Assembly (NCBI RefSeq): GCF_009914755.1
Contig: NC_060934.1
DNA: 64,000 nt
From: the human T2T-CHM13v2.0 reference genome, Homo sapiens
Reading direction: 5' to 3' (one strand)
Made by a program: the position numbers and the translations under genes. Below the pieces are notes generated by a model that had not been told where the DNA came from, did not search any database, and worked only from the letters and a program-made list of their open reading frames with translations. This document shows positions 48,811-60,835 of this stretch, in pieces (position 1 is the stretch's first letter; each line of letters opens with the position of its first letter).

Positions 48811-49218
48811 ATCTGTGTGCTGGTAAATGTTGAACAGCCCATGGGGTTGGGGGCAGGAAAGCCTGATTTGCAGTATTTGCCAATGTCCATGGTGTAAATA
48901 CTCCTCCTGTGGCTGGTTTCAAGCTACCACCTGACATCACTAAACATGGAAGAGATGCAGGCAGCTACCATGACCTAGGTTTTCTGCCATACAGAAATAA
49001 TGGATGAGTGCAATCTCAAGAGCACAGACAATTATAGCAAAATGGAGAAAAATGTGAAGTGAGTTTTGAGCACTTATTACCTTTGTTTCTAATATAAAAT
49101 ATCATAAATTTGTATAATTTAATCCTTAATATTGGCTAGGTTTAACACCTAGCTTGCAAAATTCCTGGAAATTGGTTATCTCTCACCAACCAGGGTAAGC
49201 TGGCTCCCCTACACCATG
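48811..49218 (+). mobile_element. MER63B-like (hAT-Blackjack) fossil
   Basis: 'gtgtgctggtaaatgttgaaca...ccatggtgtaaatactcc...tttcaagctacca...cttgcaaaattcctggaaa'. Confidence 0.75.
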
Positions 49219-49462
49219 GGGTTAGCCTCCCAGCATAAGTTGGGATTGAGGTCTCTGCCTTCCTAGTGGACCAAGCAGGATAAGCTGTGAAAGGTGATTC
49301 CTTTTGCCCATTGTCCCTGTTTTCCCAGTGTCCTGCTGCCAGGCAGCTGCTTTCCCTTACTCCCCATATGTCCCTTGCTCCAGCCGTATGCCTCCAACCC
49401 GACTAATGTCTCAGGACCTCAGGAACTGGGCAGATTCTGCTGAGAGTTGTGGAGGTGGGCAT

Positions 49463-49850
49463 TGAGATGGTCTGAATCTGTGTTCCTGCCCCAGTCTCAT
49501 ATCAAATTGTAATCCCCAAAGTTGAAGGTGGGGCCTTGTGGGAGGTGACTAGATCCTTCATGAATGGTTTAGCACCATCTCCTTGGTTCTAAGTGATAGG
49601 AGTTCTCATTAAATCTGGTTGTTTAAAAGTGTGTGGCACCTCCCCTTTTTCTCTTTCTCCTGCTCCAGCCATGGGAAGTGCTGGCTCCCCCTTCCGCCAT
49701 GATTGTAAGTTTCCTGAGGCCTCCCCGGAAGCATATGCTGCCATACTTCCTGTACAACCTACAGAACTGTGAGCCAATTGAACCTCTTTTCTTTAGGAAT
49801 TACCCAGTCTTCGATATTTCTTTATAGCAATGTGAGAACAGACTAACACA
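49463..49850 (+). mobile_element. MST-family (MaLR) solo LTR
   Basis: TG...CA ends; 'ttgtaagtttcctgaggcctccc' and 'tttctttatagcaatgtgagaacagactaacaca'. Confidence 0.9.
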
Positions 49851-50194
49851 GGTGTCCAGTCTTCATACTGTCATGCTACTTGGTAGCTCCTCTTTTTCTT
49901 TGTGTCTTACAGGCCTGGCTTTCTGAGGTACTGTAGTTTTATGACATCTTGATTTGCTCTCTTAGGTCCACTGTGGCTGTTGATAGGCACTGTGTGCCAA
50001 TGCCTGTGATTATAAGCTCACGTGGACTGCTTCCTTCCTGGTAATTGTCATGTCTATTTTACGGTATTCCCAGTTGTAGGGGGAGCAGGAAGCACGGCCT
50101 AGACCACTGCACCCCTGTCCTGGCTTGGATTAGTCGTGGTTGGTCCCACAAGAGTTTGAGAGAGAAAGAGATGGGCATGGCATGTCACACAAAC

Positions 50195-50325
50195 CTGAGG
50201 GGTGCCAGGCGGAGCCCAGTCTCCCATTGTCCTGGGGTCCTGGCCAAGGCATGAGTGAGCCGAGTTGTTCTGGCCAGAGGATCTGCAGGCAGAGGCTTCT
50301 GAGGGGGGTTTGGCTTACAGGTCCC
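50195..50325 (-). CDS. ADAM12: ADAM12-L penultimate exon (GTCKPNPPQKPLPADPLARTTRLTHALARTPGQWETGLRLAPL), cytoplasmic tail
   Basis: - strand ttattgcag|GGGACC ... CTCAG|gtttgt; 131 nt; 131+61 nt gives 64 codons including the stop. Confidence 0.96.
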
Positions 50326-51189
50326 CTGCAATAAACATAGGGTTAGGCAGGGTCACTTTCCAGGAGCCAGCAGAGGCCCCTGAGAAGCAGGGCCTGCCGC
50401 TTGGCACAGGCCCTGCTTCCTGAATATCATCCTCTCACCATACAAGGTGGGTGGAGGCTGACCTCTGTTAATCTTCTTGCCAAAATTTTCTGTAACATTT
50501 AAGACTTATCCATGGATCGTAGTTATAAACACTCAACTATGGGGCTTCTGGACTGCCCCTGGGCCCTGGGGTAGCGTTGATGTTGGGGTTTCTCTGTCAG
50601 TGTCACCCTGAGGATACACACTTTCCTGTGCTTTTAGTTAGGCGGCTTCTCTGTTCACCCTAAAATAAGAAGTTGGTGAAAATCTTTTCAAACATCACAT
50701 TCGTTTCTTCAGTTTTGCCAACATCACATAGCAGGACTCGTTCATCTGTGGGTGGATGAGACGGTGAGGATGGTTGTGCTCAGTCTGCCACGTGCAGGCG
50801 CTGTTCCACATGTTGCTCTGAAGGCTCCGCGAAATGCACTGAAGTTCTTCCACTAGATACTTTCTCATAAGCTCAGAGAATTGATGCAGTGGTCTGAGGG
50901 GCAAGTCAAGCTTTGTAAACACACTAAGGGGCAGGGCTGTGTTGACCAGAAGCCAGTGTGAGGGAGCTGGCCAGGGAAGGTGGGGTTGTTCCACGCTAGG
51001 TTTTAGCCAAAAATGATGCTTTGGGACTTGTGCAAGTCACTTGACCTCTTTCTCTGGAAAATGTGGGGAAAAAGACCTATCTCAGCATTGTTATGAGGAT
51101 TAAAGAAAATAATGCATAGGAAGTTCCCAGCACACAGATAATAGTTATTAATATCAGCATTCCTTCATGCCGCAATTTAAAAATGTTTA

Positions 51190-51602
<413 letters not shown>

Positions 51603-54600
51603 TCAGTAAGTGTTGGACACATCTCTGCTCTTGGCCCCAGGTGAATGTGGGTGCCATGTCTTGTCTTTGAAGCCCGGAAACACTCATGAATGCACAGAAT
51701 GTCTGTTGGAAATGGTGCTAGAACCTCCAGGGAGACAGAACACCCCTAATAACCAAGTGCTTCAATTCACCATCATAGGACCCAGTATATATCTAGCAAC
51801 ACTCAACAATGATTTCAAACACTTGAGTTGAATTTCTCTCACAGTGCCTATCATATGAAAATTACATTTATTTAGCAGTTGGGGCTCAGCTGAAAGAATG
51901 CAACAATATAATCACCATTTAACATATCTTTGTAAAGCAAAGGAAGCTACCACAGAAGTTTGTAAATCACAAGTGTCCACAGGTGTGTGGAAGATAAGCT
52001 GAGTTGGAACAACGGACACATTGGGCTAGGAAAAAGTCCCTGAACAAGGGACAGACTTAGAAGTGATATTTCTACATTAGTTTTCATTAAAAGAAACATT
52101 AAATAGAAAAAATTCCCTAGCTAGGAATAAAGGCCATATAATGTGCCCAAGAGCATGGATTGTTTGTTTATATATTCAACCAGTTCCACATACACACACA
52201 GTATCCTCACTGGTGGAGCAGGGATGATCATAGTCCCTTCCTCCCGGGTGGACGTGAGGGTTAAATGAGATATTGAGGCTCCTAGCACAGGGCCTGGCAT
52301 GCAATATAACCCATGAGTGTTAGCTGCTGCTGGATTACAACTATTATTAATGGAGTGAATTTACCACCAAAAAGCACCATAACCCTACCAACAAACTTTG
52401 GATAATTAACTAAGGTAACAAATCAAGCTCCCCTTCCTATAGATAACAGAAAACTGTGAGCAAGACATTAGTGTGTCATGTAAAAATGGATGTATGCACT
52501 CATCAAATTGAAATAATTAGCAATACTAGTTTTGCTGCTAAGTATGACTAAGCTGTCTTGGCAATAAAGAATAACGTCAGGTTTTTATTGCAATGCTGGA
52601 GAAAAAGTGAGGTATGTATCACAATATATTTGGATTTATCATGGAAACATAGGAGATAGTTAGGTTAGCCATTCATTCTAGTTTGCCTGGGACGTTCCCA
52701 ATTTATGTTTATCGTCCTGTTTAATTATTAATCACACTCTCTCAGGCATGTCTCCTACTTTAGAAGATAAATTATATGGTCACCATAGTGATGAAAACCC
52801 AAATGACTGAGACGCTGATTGAAGGGTCTGACCTCCAACCTGGGGATCAGCGCAGGCACCATCTGCTTCCTCCAGCCATGGCCAGGACATGGTTTGGATG
52901 GAAGCATGAGACAGGTTGCAAGCAAAGATGTTGCCTAGGTAAGATGCTGGCTTCCTGCCAGGGCTTAACTGGGACAGAATGGCCATGGAACAGTGGGGGT
53001 TAGTCCAAGAAGATGTGCCTTCACTCCTTAGACATTAGGCATGGAGGTGTGGAACCCATGATGCAAGAAGCACCAGCTGCACATTTTGACCCTGGAGGAA
53101 GGGATGAAATTGCCATGCTGTCTTCTAGGTGTTGCTTTTCATTCTGCCTTTGCAAAACCTAAACCTGAACCTCTCCCAGAGAAGTCCAGTGTGATCACCA
53201 AGCATCATCTGAAGGGAGCTGAGAAATGACTCTAAGCAGATTGCTCACACACGATAAACATTTCTTTAAATCTATTTTCATTTTAAACAAGGAAATGAAT
53301 TCAAACCTCATTTTTATGCCCTCTTAACTTCTTCCAGATATTGAAGAAAAATCCAGGTATGCTATTAATATGCTATTAAATAGGGCTGTTCCATTCTTCT
53401 ATATTCTGCTCATGTTCTGGCAATAGCCACATATTTCAAATTTTTTAGAGGTTTCAAAACAATTTTAAATCCAGATATAACCACTTTGCCTTGACCAGCA
53501 TCATGAAGTCTCAGCTGTTATCAACTTCACATGGTAAACGAGAGTAAACATGCCCTGCTTATCCAGAGAAATCTCTGCAGGAAGACTGGAATTCATCACA
53601 GGAAAATGCCAGAGATGCCCCAGAGATCCCTGACGAGCTCATGCAGGGCTGGGGCGGCATCAATATGTTTCACTGTGCAAATTCGGTCTACCTCTAGCTA
53701 AAAACAATTGTGGGAATTATGGCTATAGATCAGAATATAAATGTCGTAAACCCTAATGTAGGTATCATGGAACTCGCCAAAGTTGACAGGCGGGTCTTCC
53801 ATTTCCAGTAACATGGCAGGCTCTGTTGTTGTGCCCTACCCCTTCTCTGATGACCGCCAAGAGTTACAAGACAGCAAATGTTTTAAGTCTAAATGAAAGC
53901 AGCAGCTTGGAGAGGGAGTAGTAACTGAAGATGGAGGCATCTGCCAAGTTAGGGAAACCTAAATGTGGGTTTTGATACTCTTTCACAGTGAGGAATAGAG
54001 AAATCCAACCAAGGTCAAGACATACGGGCAGAAACCAAATGTCCAAGTTTAATGAGAGAGAATTCTCTTCCTGACTCCTCTCCATTCAAGTTGGGCTCTA
54101 CAGACAAGACCTCAGGTTAAGAATCTTCTAGAAGTAAATACATACTATAATCTATCCCCAGGATACTACAAGGAGCATTCTTCTGGTGCTGGACAGACCG
54201 AGGGAGAAAAATAAACCTGTCACCACAAATTGTCCTTGAGGACTTGAAGCTGAAATCACATCACCTGGGTATTTCAATAAGCTCCAAGCCATTTTAAAGT
54301 GGTCTCAAACTGGTACTGCCTCCAGGCACCTGGCAGAGGCAAAATAGCCCTTTATGGAAGAACACACCTGCATCCTAGGCCTTGAAGAACTATAATTTAA
54401 AAAAGTGAACTCCTGGAAAAAAAAAAAAAAAGCATACAGGGAAACAAGGAACCAGGAGTGAGAAGTGATAGAAACTTCAGCAGTAACATATCCAAAGACT
54501 TCAGATTTGGGTATTATTGGAAAAAGTTTTCTTACTATGTTTAAAGAAGTACAAGACAAGCTAGCATAGTTGAATTAGAACCAAAGAGAACTTCTAGAAG

Positions 54601-55361
54601 CAAAAAAAGTACAACATAGATGAGTGCAAATTGCATGAAGGTAAGTACAGTTTGATACCACTTACGTAAAGTTTAAAACACGAAACACTATATTCATGGA
54701 TACATATTTATACAAAAATATTGAAAACAGTAAGCAAACTTATGACAGTGCTTGTATCTGGAGGGAGGCTAATGTAGTGACTTTAATGTTTCACTTCTTT
54801 TGAAAAAGGATATATATCTGAAACTTAAATAGGCATGTACATCTAGAAAGATGTAAAACTAGTTATTTCTATGTAGAATAAATGTGAGTAAATTTTAGTT
54901 TTTACTTTTCTATATTTTAAATATTTTAAAAAATAACTTCAATCTTTGGGCTAAGGAGGAAAACAGAAGAGAATATATAGACTATTTAAAAAATACACAC
55001 TACAAATTGGAACCAGTGAGCAAGGTGTAAAGCAATGTTTAGAGGAAAGTTCTTAATAATATTTTCATGTAACTGTCACAAAGTCCCAAAAGCAAGTACT
55101 ATTATTTCACATTTGTAGAGGGGACATTAAAGTGATGTTTCCAAGATCTAATGGTAGCAAGAGGAAGATCATATAAGACTTTGAGCTGGTTGAAGGTAGG
55201 GGAGAATGAGAAACCAGACAAATCTAATAAAACATAGGCCAATCAAGGACAAATAAAATAAATGGTATTAAGGATTACTAGGTGGTCATCTAGAAAAAAA
55301 TAAAATTTGATTATACACTAAATGGGATTGATTCAGGAAACAAATAGACACATGGAGAACA

Positions 55362-58300
55362 AAAAAAAAAAAGCAGGGTGAGGCAATGGCCCACCTGGGA
55401 GTGACATGGAGCCAAGGGAACCCTCACCATGGGAAGTGGTACAAGAAAAACTGAGGCTACTGGGGTCTGGAGCAGACCCCCAGCAAATTGCAGCAGCCTT
55501 ACAGAAGAGTGGCCAGACTGTTAAACAGAAAACAACAATAACCCCATCCAAAGGTCAGCAACCTTAAAGATCAAAGGTAGATAAGCCCACAAAGATGAGA
55601 AAGAATCAACACAAAAACACTGAAAACTCAAAAAGCCAGAGTGCCACTTTTTCTCCAAATCATGGCAACACCTCTCCAGCAAGTGCAAAGAACTGGGCTG
55701 GGGCTGAGATGGCTGACATGACAGAAGTAGGCTTGAGAAGGTGGGTAATAAAGAACTTTGCTGAGCTGAAGGAGCATGTGGTAACCCAATTCAAAGAAGC
55801 TAGGAATCATGATAAAACAATACAGGAGCTGACAGCCAAAATAGTTTAGAGAGGAACATAACTGGCCTGTTAGAGCTAAAAAACACACTATACGAACTTC
55901 ACAATCACAAGTATTAACAGCAGAATAGATGAAGCAGAGGAAAAAATCTCGGAGCTTGAAGACTATCCTTCTGAAATAAGATGGGCAGACAAGAATAGAG
56001 AAAAAAGAATGAAAAGGAATGAACAGGTCGTCTTGAGAAATACCGGATTATGTAGAGAGACCAAATCTACAAGTGATTGGGGTACCCAAAAGAGGCGGGC
56101 AGAACAGAGCCCCCCCAGCAAATTGCAGCAGCCTTACGGAAGAGTGGCCAGACTGTTAAACAGAAAACGACCCACAAAAATCTCATCCAAAGGTGTCAGC
56201 AACCTCGAAGATCAAAGGTAGATAAGCCCACAAAGATGGAAAACATACTTCAGGATATAATCCAGGATAACTTCCCCTACCTGGCAAGACAGGCCAACAT
56301 TCAAATTCAGGAAATCCAGAGAAGGTAAGATACTCCATGAGAAGATCAACCCCAAGACACATAATTATCAGATTTTCCAAGGTCAAAATGAAAGAAAAAA
56401 TGCTAAGGGCAGCCAGAGAGAAAAACCAGGTCCCCTACAAAGGAAAGCCTATCAGACTAACAGCAGACCTCCCAGTGGAAACCCAATAAGCTAGAAGAGC
56501 TTGGGGACCAATATTCAACATTCTTTAAAGATTTTCCAACCCAGAATTTCATATCTGGCCCAATATCATCTAGATAATGAAGAAAGACCCATTGGTGTGC
56601 TGTCTTCAAGAAACTCATGTGCAAAGACACACACAGGCTCAAAACAAAGGGATGGAGGAAAATTTACCAGGCAAATGGAAAACAGAAAAAAGTAGGGGTT
56701 GCAATCCTAGTTTCTGACAAAACAGACTTTAAACCAACAAAGATCAAAAAAAGAAAAGGGCATTGCATAATGGTAAAGAGTTCAATAAGAAGAGCTAACT
56801 ATCCTAAATATGTGTGCATCTTATACCACCCAGATTCAGAGAGCAAATTCTTAGAGACCTGCAGACTTTAACACCCACCTGACAATATTAGAAAATCAAC
56901 AAAGACATTCAGGACTTGAACTCAGCTCTGGAGCAAGTGGATCTGTTATACAACTACAGAACTGTCCACCCAAAACCAACAATCTACATTCTTATTACTA
57001 CACAGCACTTACTCTAAAATTGATCACGTAATCAGAAGTAAAACACTCCTCAGCTAATGCAAAAGAACTGAAATCATAACAGTCTGTCAAACCACAGCGT
57101 AATCAAATTAAAGCTTAAGATTAAGAAATTCACTCAAAACCACACAACTCCATGGAACCTGAACAACCTGCTCCTGAATGACTCTTGGGTAAATAATGAA
57201 ATTAAGGCAGAAATCAAAAAGTTCTTTGAAACTAATGAGAACAAAGAGCCAACATACCAGAATCTCTGAGAAGCAGCTAAAGCAGAAGAGGGAAAGGTAT
57301 AACACTAAATGCCCACATCAAAAAGCTAGAAAGATAAAGTTAACAAAGTTAACAACCTAACATCACAGCTAAAAGAACTAGAGAAACAAGAGCAAACCCC
57401 AAAGCTAGCAAAAGACAAGAAATAACCAAGATCAGAGTGGAACTGAAGGAGATAGACATGAAAAACTCTTCAACAAATCAGTGAATCCAGGAGCTAGTTT
57501 TTTTGAAAAAATTACTAAAATAGATCACTAGCTAGACTATAAAGAATCAAATAGACACAATCAGAAATGATAAGGGGGATATCACCATTGATCCCACAGA
57601 AATACAACTATCAGAGAATACTATAAACACCTCTATGCACATAAACTAGAAAATCTAGAGCACATACAGTCTCTGAGACTGAACCAGGAAGAAATTGAAT
57701 CCCTGAATAGGCCAATAATGAGTCCTGAAATTGAGGCAGTAGTAAATAGCCTACCAACCAAACAAAACCCAGGACCAGGCAGATTCACAGCTGAACTCTA
57801 CAAGAGGTAGAAAATAGAGCTGGTACCATTTCTACTGAAACTATTCCAAAAAAATTGGAAAGAAGAGACTCCTCTCTAACTCATTCTGTGAGGCCAACAG
57901 CATCCTGGTACCAACACCTGGGAGAGATAAAAAAAAAACCTCAGGCCAATATCCTTGATGAACATTGATGCAAAAATCCTCAACAAAATACAGGCAAACA
58001 GAATCTGGCAGCACATCAAAAAGCTTATCCACCACAATCAAGTAGGCTTCGTCCCAAGATGCAAGGTTGGTTCGGGATATGCAAATCAATAAATGTGATT
58101 CATCACATAAACAGAACTAGAGACAAAAACCATATGATTATCTCAATAGATGCAGAAAAAGTCTTCAATAAAATTCACCCCATAATATAAAAAACTCCCA
58201 ATAAACTAGGTATTAAAGGAACATACCTCAAAATAATAGCCATCTATGACAAACCCACAGCTAATATCCTGAATGAGTAAAAGCTGGAAGCTTTCCCCTT

Positions 58301-60230
58301 GAAAACCAGCACAAGATGCCCTCTCTCACCACTCCTAGTCAACATAGTATTGGAAGTTCTGGGAAGGGCAATCAGGCAAGAGAAAGGAAGTGTATTCAAA
58401 TAGGAAGAGAGGAAGTCAAACTAACTTTGTTTGCAGATGACGTGATCCTATATCTTGAAAACCCCATTGTCTTAGCCCAAAAGCTTCTTGAGCAACTTCA
58501 ACAAAGTCTCAGTATATAAAATCAATGTGCAAAAATTGCTAGCATTCCTATACACCAACAGGCAAGCCAACAGCCAAATCATGAACTCCCATTCAGAATT
58601 GCCACAAAAATAATAAAATACCTAGGAATGCAGCTACAAGGGACATGAAGGACCTCTTCAAGGAGAACTACACCACTGCTCAAAGAAATCAGAGGACATA
58701 AACAAATGGAAAAGCATTCCATGCTTATGGATAGAAAGAAGCAATATGAAAATGGCCATACTGCCCAAATAGAATCAATGCTATCCCCATCAAACTACTA
58801 TTGACATTCTTCACCAAATTAGAAAAAACTAAAAATTCATATGGAACCCCAAAAGAGCCCAAATAGCCAAGACAATCCTAAGCAAAAAGAACAAAGCTGG
58901 AGGCATCACGCTACCTGACTTCAAACTATACTACAAAGCTATAGTAACCAAAATGGCATGGTACTGATACAGACACATAGACCAATGGAACAAAATAGAG
59001 AACCCAGGAATAAGACTGCACGCCTACAACCATCTGATCTTCAACAAACCTGAGAAAAAGCAATGGGGAAAGGATTCCCTATTTAATAAATAGTCTGGAA
59101 GAACTGGATAGCCATATGCAGAAAATTGAAGCTGGACCCCTTCCTTACACCATATACAAAAATAAACTCAGGATCGATTAAAGACTTACATATAAAACCC
59201 AAAACTATAAAAACCTTAGGAGAAAATCTAGGCAACACCATCGAGGACATAGGCATGCGAAAAGATTTCATGACAACATCAAGAGCAAAAATTGACAAAC
59301 GGGATCTAATTAAAGAGTGTCTGCAGCAAAAGAAACACAGAATGAACAACCTACAGAATGGGAGAAAGTTTTTCAATCTATCCATCTGACAAAGGTCTAA
59401 TAGCTAGCATCTATAAGGAATTTAAAATTACAAGAAAACAGTAAAAAGTGGGCAAAAGACATGAACAGACACTTCTCAAAAGAAGACATTCATGGAGCCA
59501 ACAAACATGAAAAAAAGCTCAACATCACTGATCATTAGAGAAATGCAAATCAAAACCACAATGAGCTACCATCTCATGCCAGTCAGAATGGCAATTATTA
59601 AAAAGTTAACAGATGCTAGAAAGGTTGCAGAGCAAAAGGAATGCTTTTACACTGTTGGTGGGAGTGTAAATTAGTTCAACCATTGTGGAAGACAGTGTGA
59701 TGATTCCTCAAAGACCTAGCAGCAGAGATGCCATTTGACCCAGGAATCCCATTATTGGGTATATACCCAAAGGAATAGAAATCATTCTATTATACGCGCA
59801 TGCATATGTTCACTGCAGCACTATTCACAATAGCAAAGACGTGGAATCAACCTAAGTGCCCATCAGTGATATACTGGGTAAGAAAATGTGGTAAATATAC
59901 ACCATGGAATACTATGCAGCCATAAAAAGGAATGAGATCATGTCTTTTGCAGAGACATGGATGGAGCTGGAGGCCATTATCCTCAGCAAACTAATGCAGG
60001 AACAGAAAACCAAATACCCCATGTTTTCACTTATTAAGTGGGAGCTGAATGATGAGAACACATGGACACAATGGGGCAGGGGGAGGAGGAAAGCATCAGG
60101 ACGAATAGCTAATGGATGCCCAGCTTAATACCTGGGTGATGAGATCTGTGCTGCAAACCACTGTGGCACATGTTTACCGATGTAACAAACCTGCACATCC
60201 TGCACATGTACCCCGATCTTAAATTTTAAA
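55362..60230 (+). mobile_element. Near full-length but heavily deleted primate L1 (L1PA-type), antisense in an ADAM12 intron
   Basis: 5'UTR remnant, ORF1 start MRKNQHKNTENSKSQSA at 55595, ORF2 remnants (THRLKTKGWRKIYQANG; [13 protein letters not shown] with the RT FADD motif), and 3'UTR ending 'ctgcacatgtacccc...taaattttaaaa'. Confidence 0.95.
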
Positions 60231-60239
60231 AATGGCAAA

Positions 60240-60835
60240 GATGAAAAGGCAGTTCATGAAAAAGAAAATCTTAAACCTGTGAAAAGGTATTTCATCTCAC
60301 TATGAAGTATTTCCTATGAAGAAAAACATGGAGACCACTGTTTTTAACCTATCGATTGGCAAAGAGATGAAAAACCTCCGAACACACTGTGTTGGTGAGG
60401 AGCTGGATAATAGAATAGCTGAAACAGCTCCTTTAAAGGCAGCTTCACTCAGTCTATCAAATTTCTAAATGCATATGACTTTTGCACAGCAATTGTGCTT
60501 TCAGGAATTTATCCATCTTGGGCAAGATTATGCCTGTGTGACGTAGCAAATGATTGAAAACAACCCATCTGGGAATCTGGAAGGGACAGGTTAAAGAAGT
60601 CATGGTATAGCTTCACAAATAATGATGTAGCCAGTGAAAAGAATGAAGCAGATGTATAAAACTAATAAGGAATAACCAAAGTAGAAGAAAGTACATAATG
60701 TGTTGCCATTTGAATTCAAAACAAGGATGTAAGATGAGTGACAGCAAGTTGACGGTTGCTGAAGTTGAGTGATGGGTAGATAGGGTTTCACTGTACTCTT
60801 CTCTCCAATTTTGAGTGTTTGAAAATTTCCATAAT
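60240..60835 (+). mobile_element. Ancient L1M 3' fragments
   Basis: Degenerate 'gattggcaaag...tgttggtgagg' and 'gtttgaaaatttccataat'. Confidence 0.55.

Noticed and set aside
55595-60128. L1 ORF1/ORF2 fragments as an active reverse-transcriptase system
   Set aside because: Many stops, frameshifts and deletions; the element is dead.
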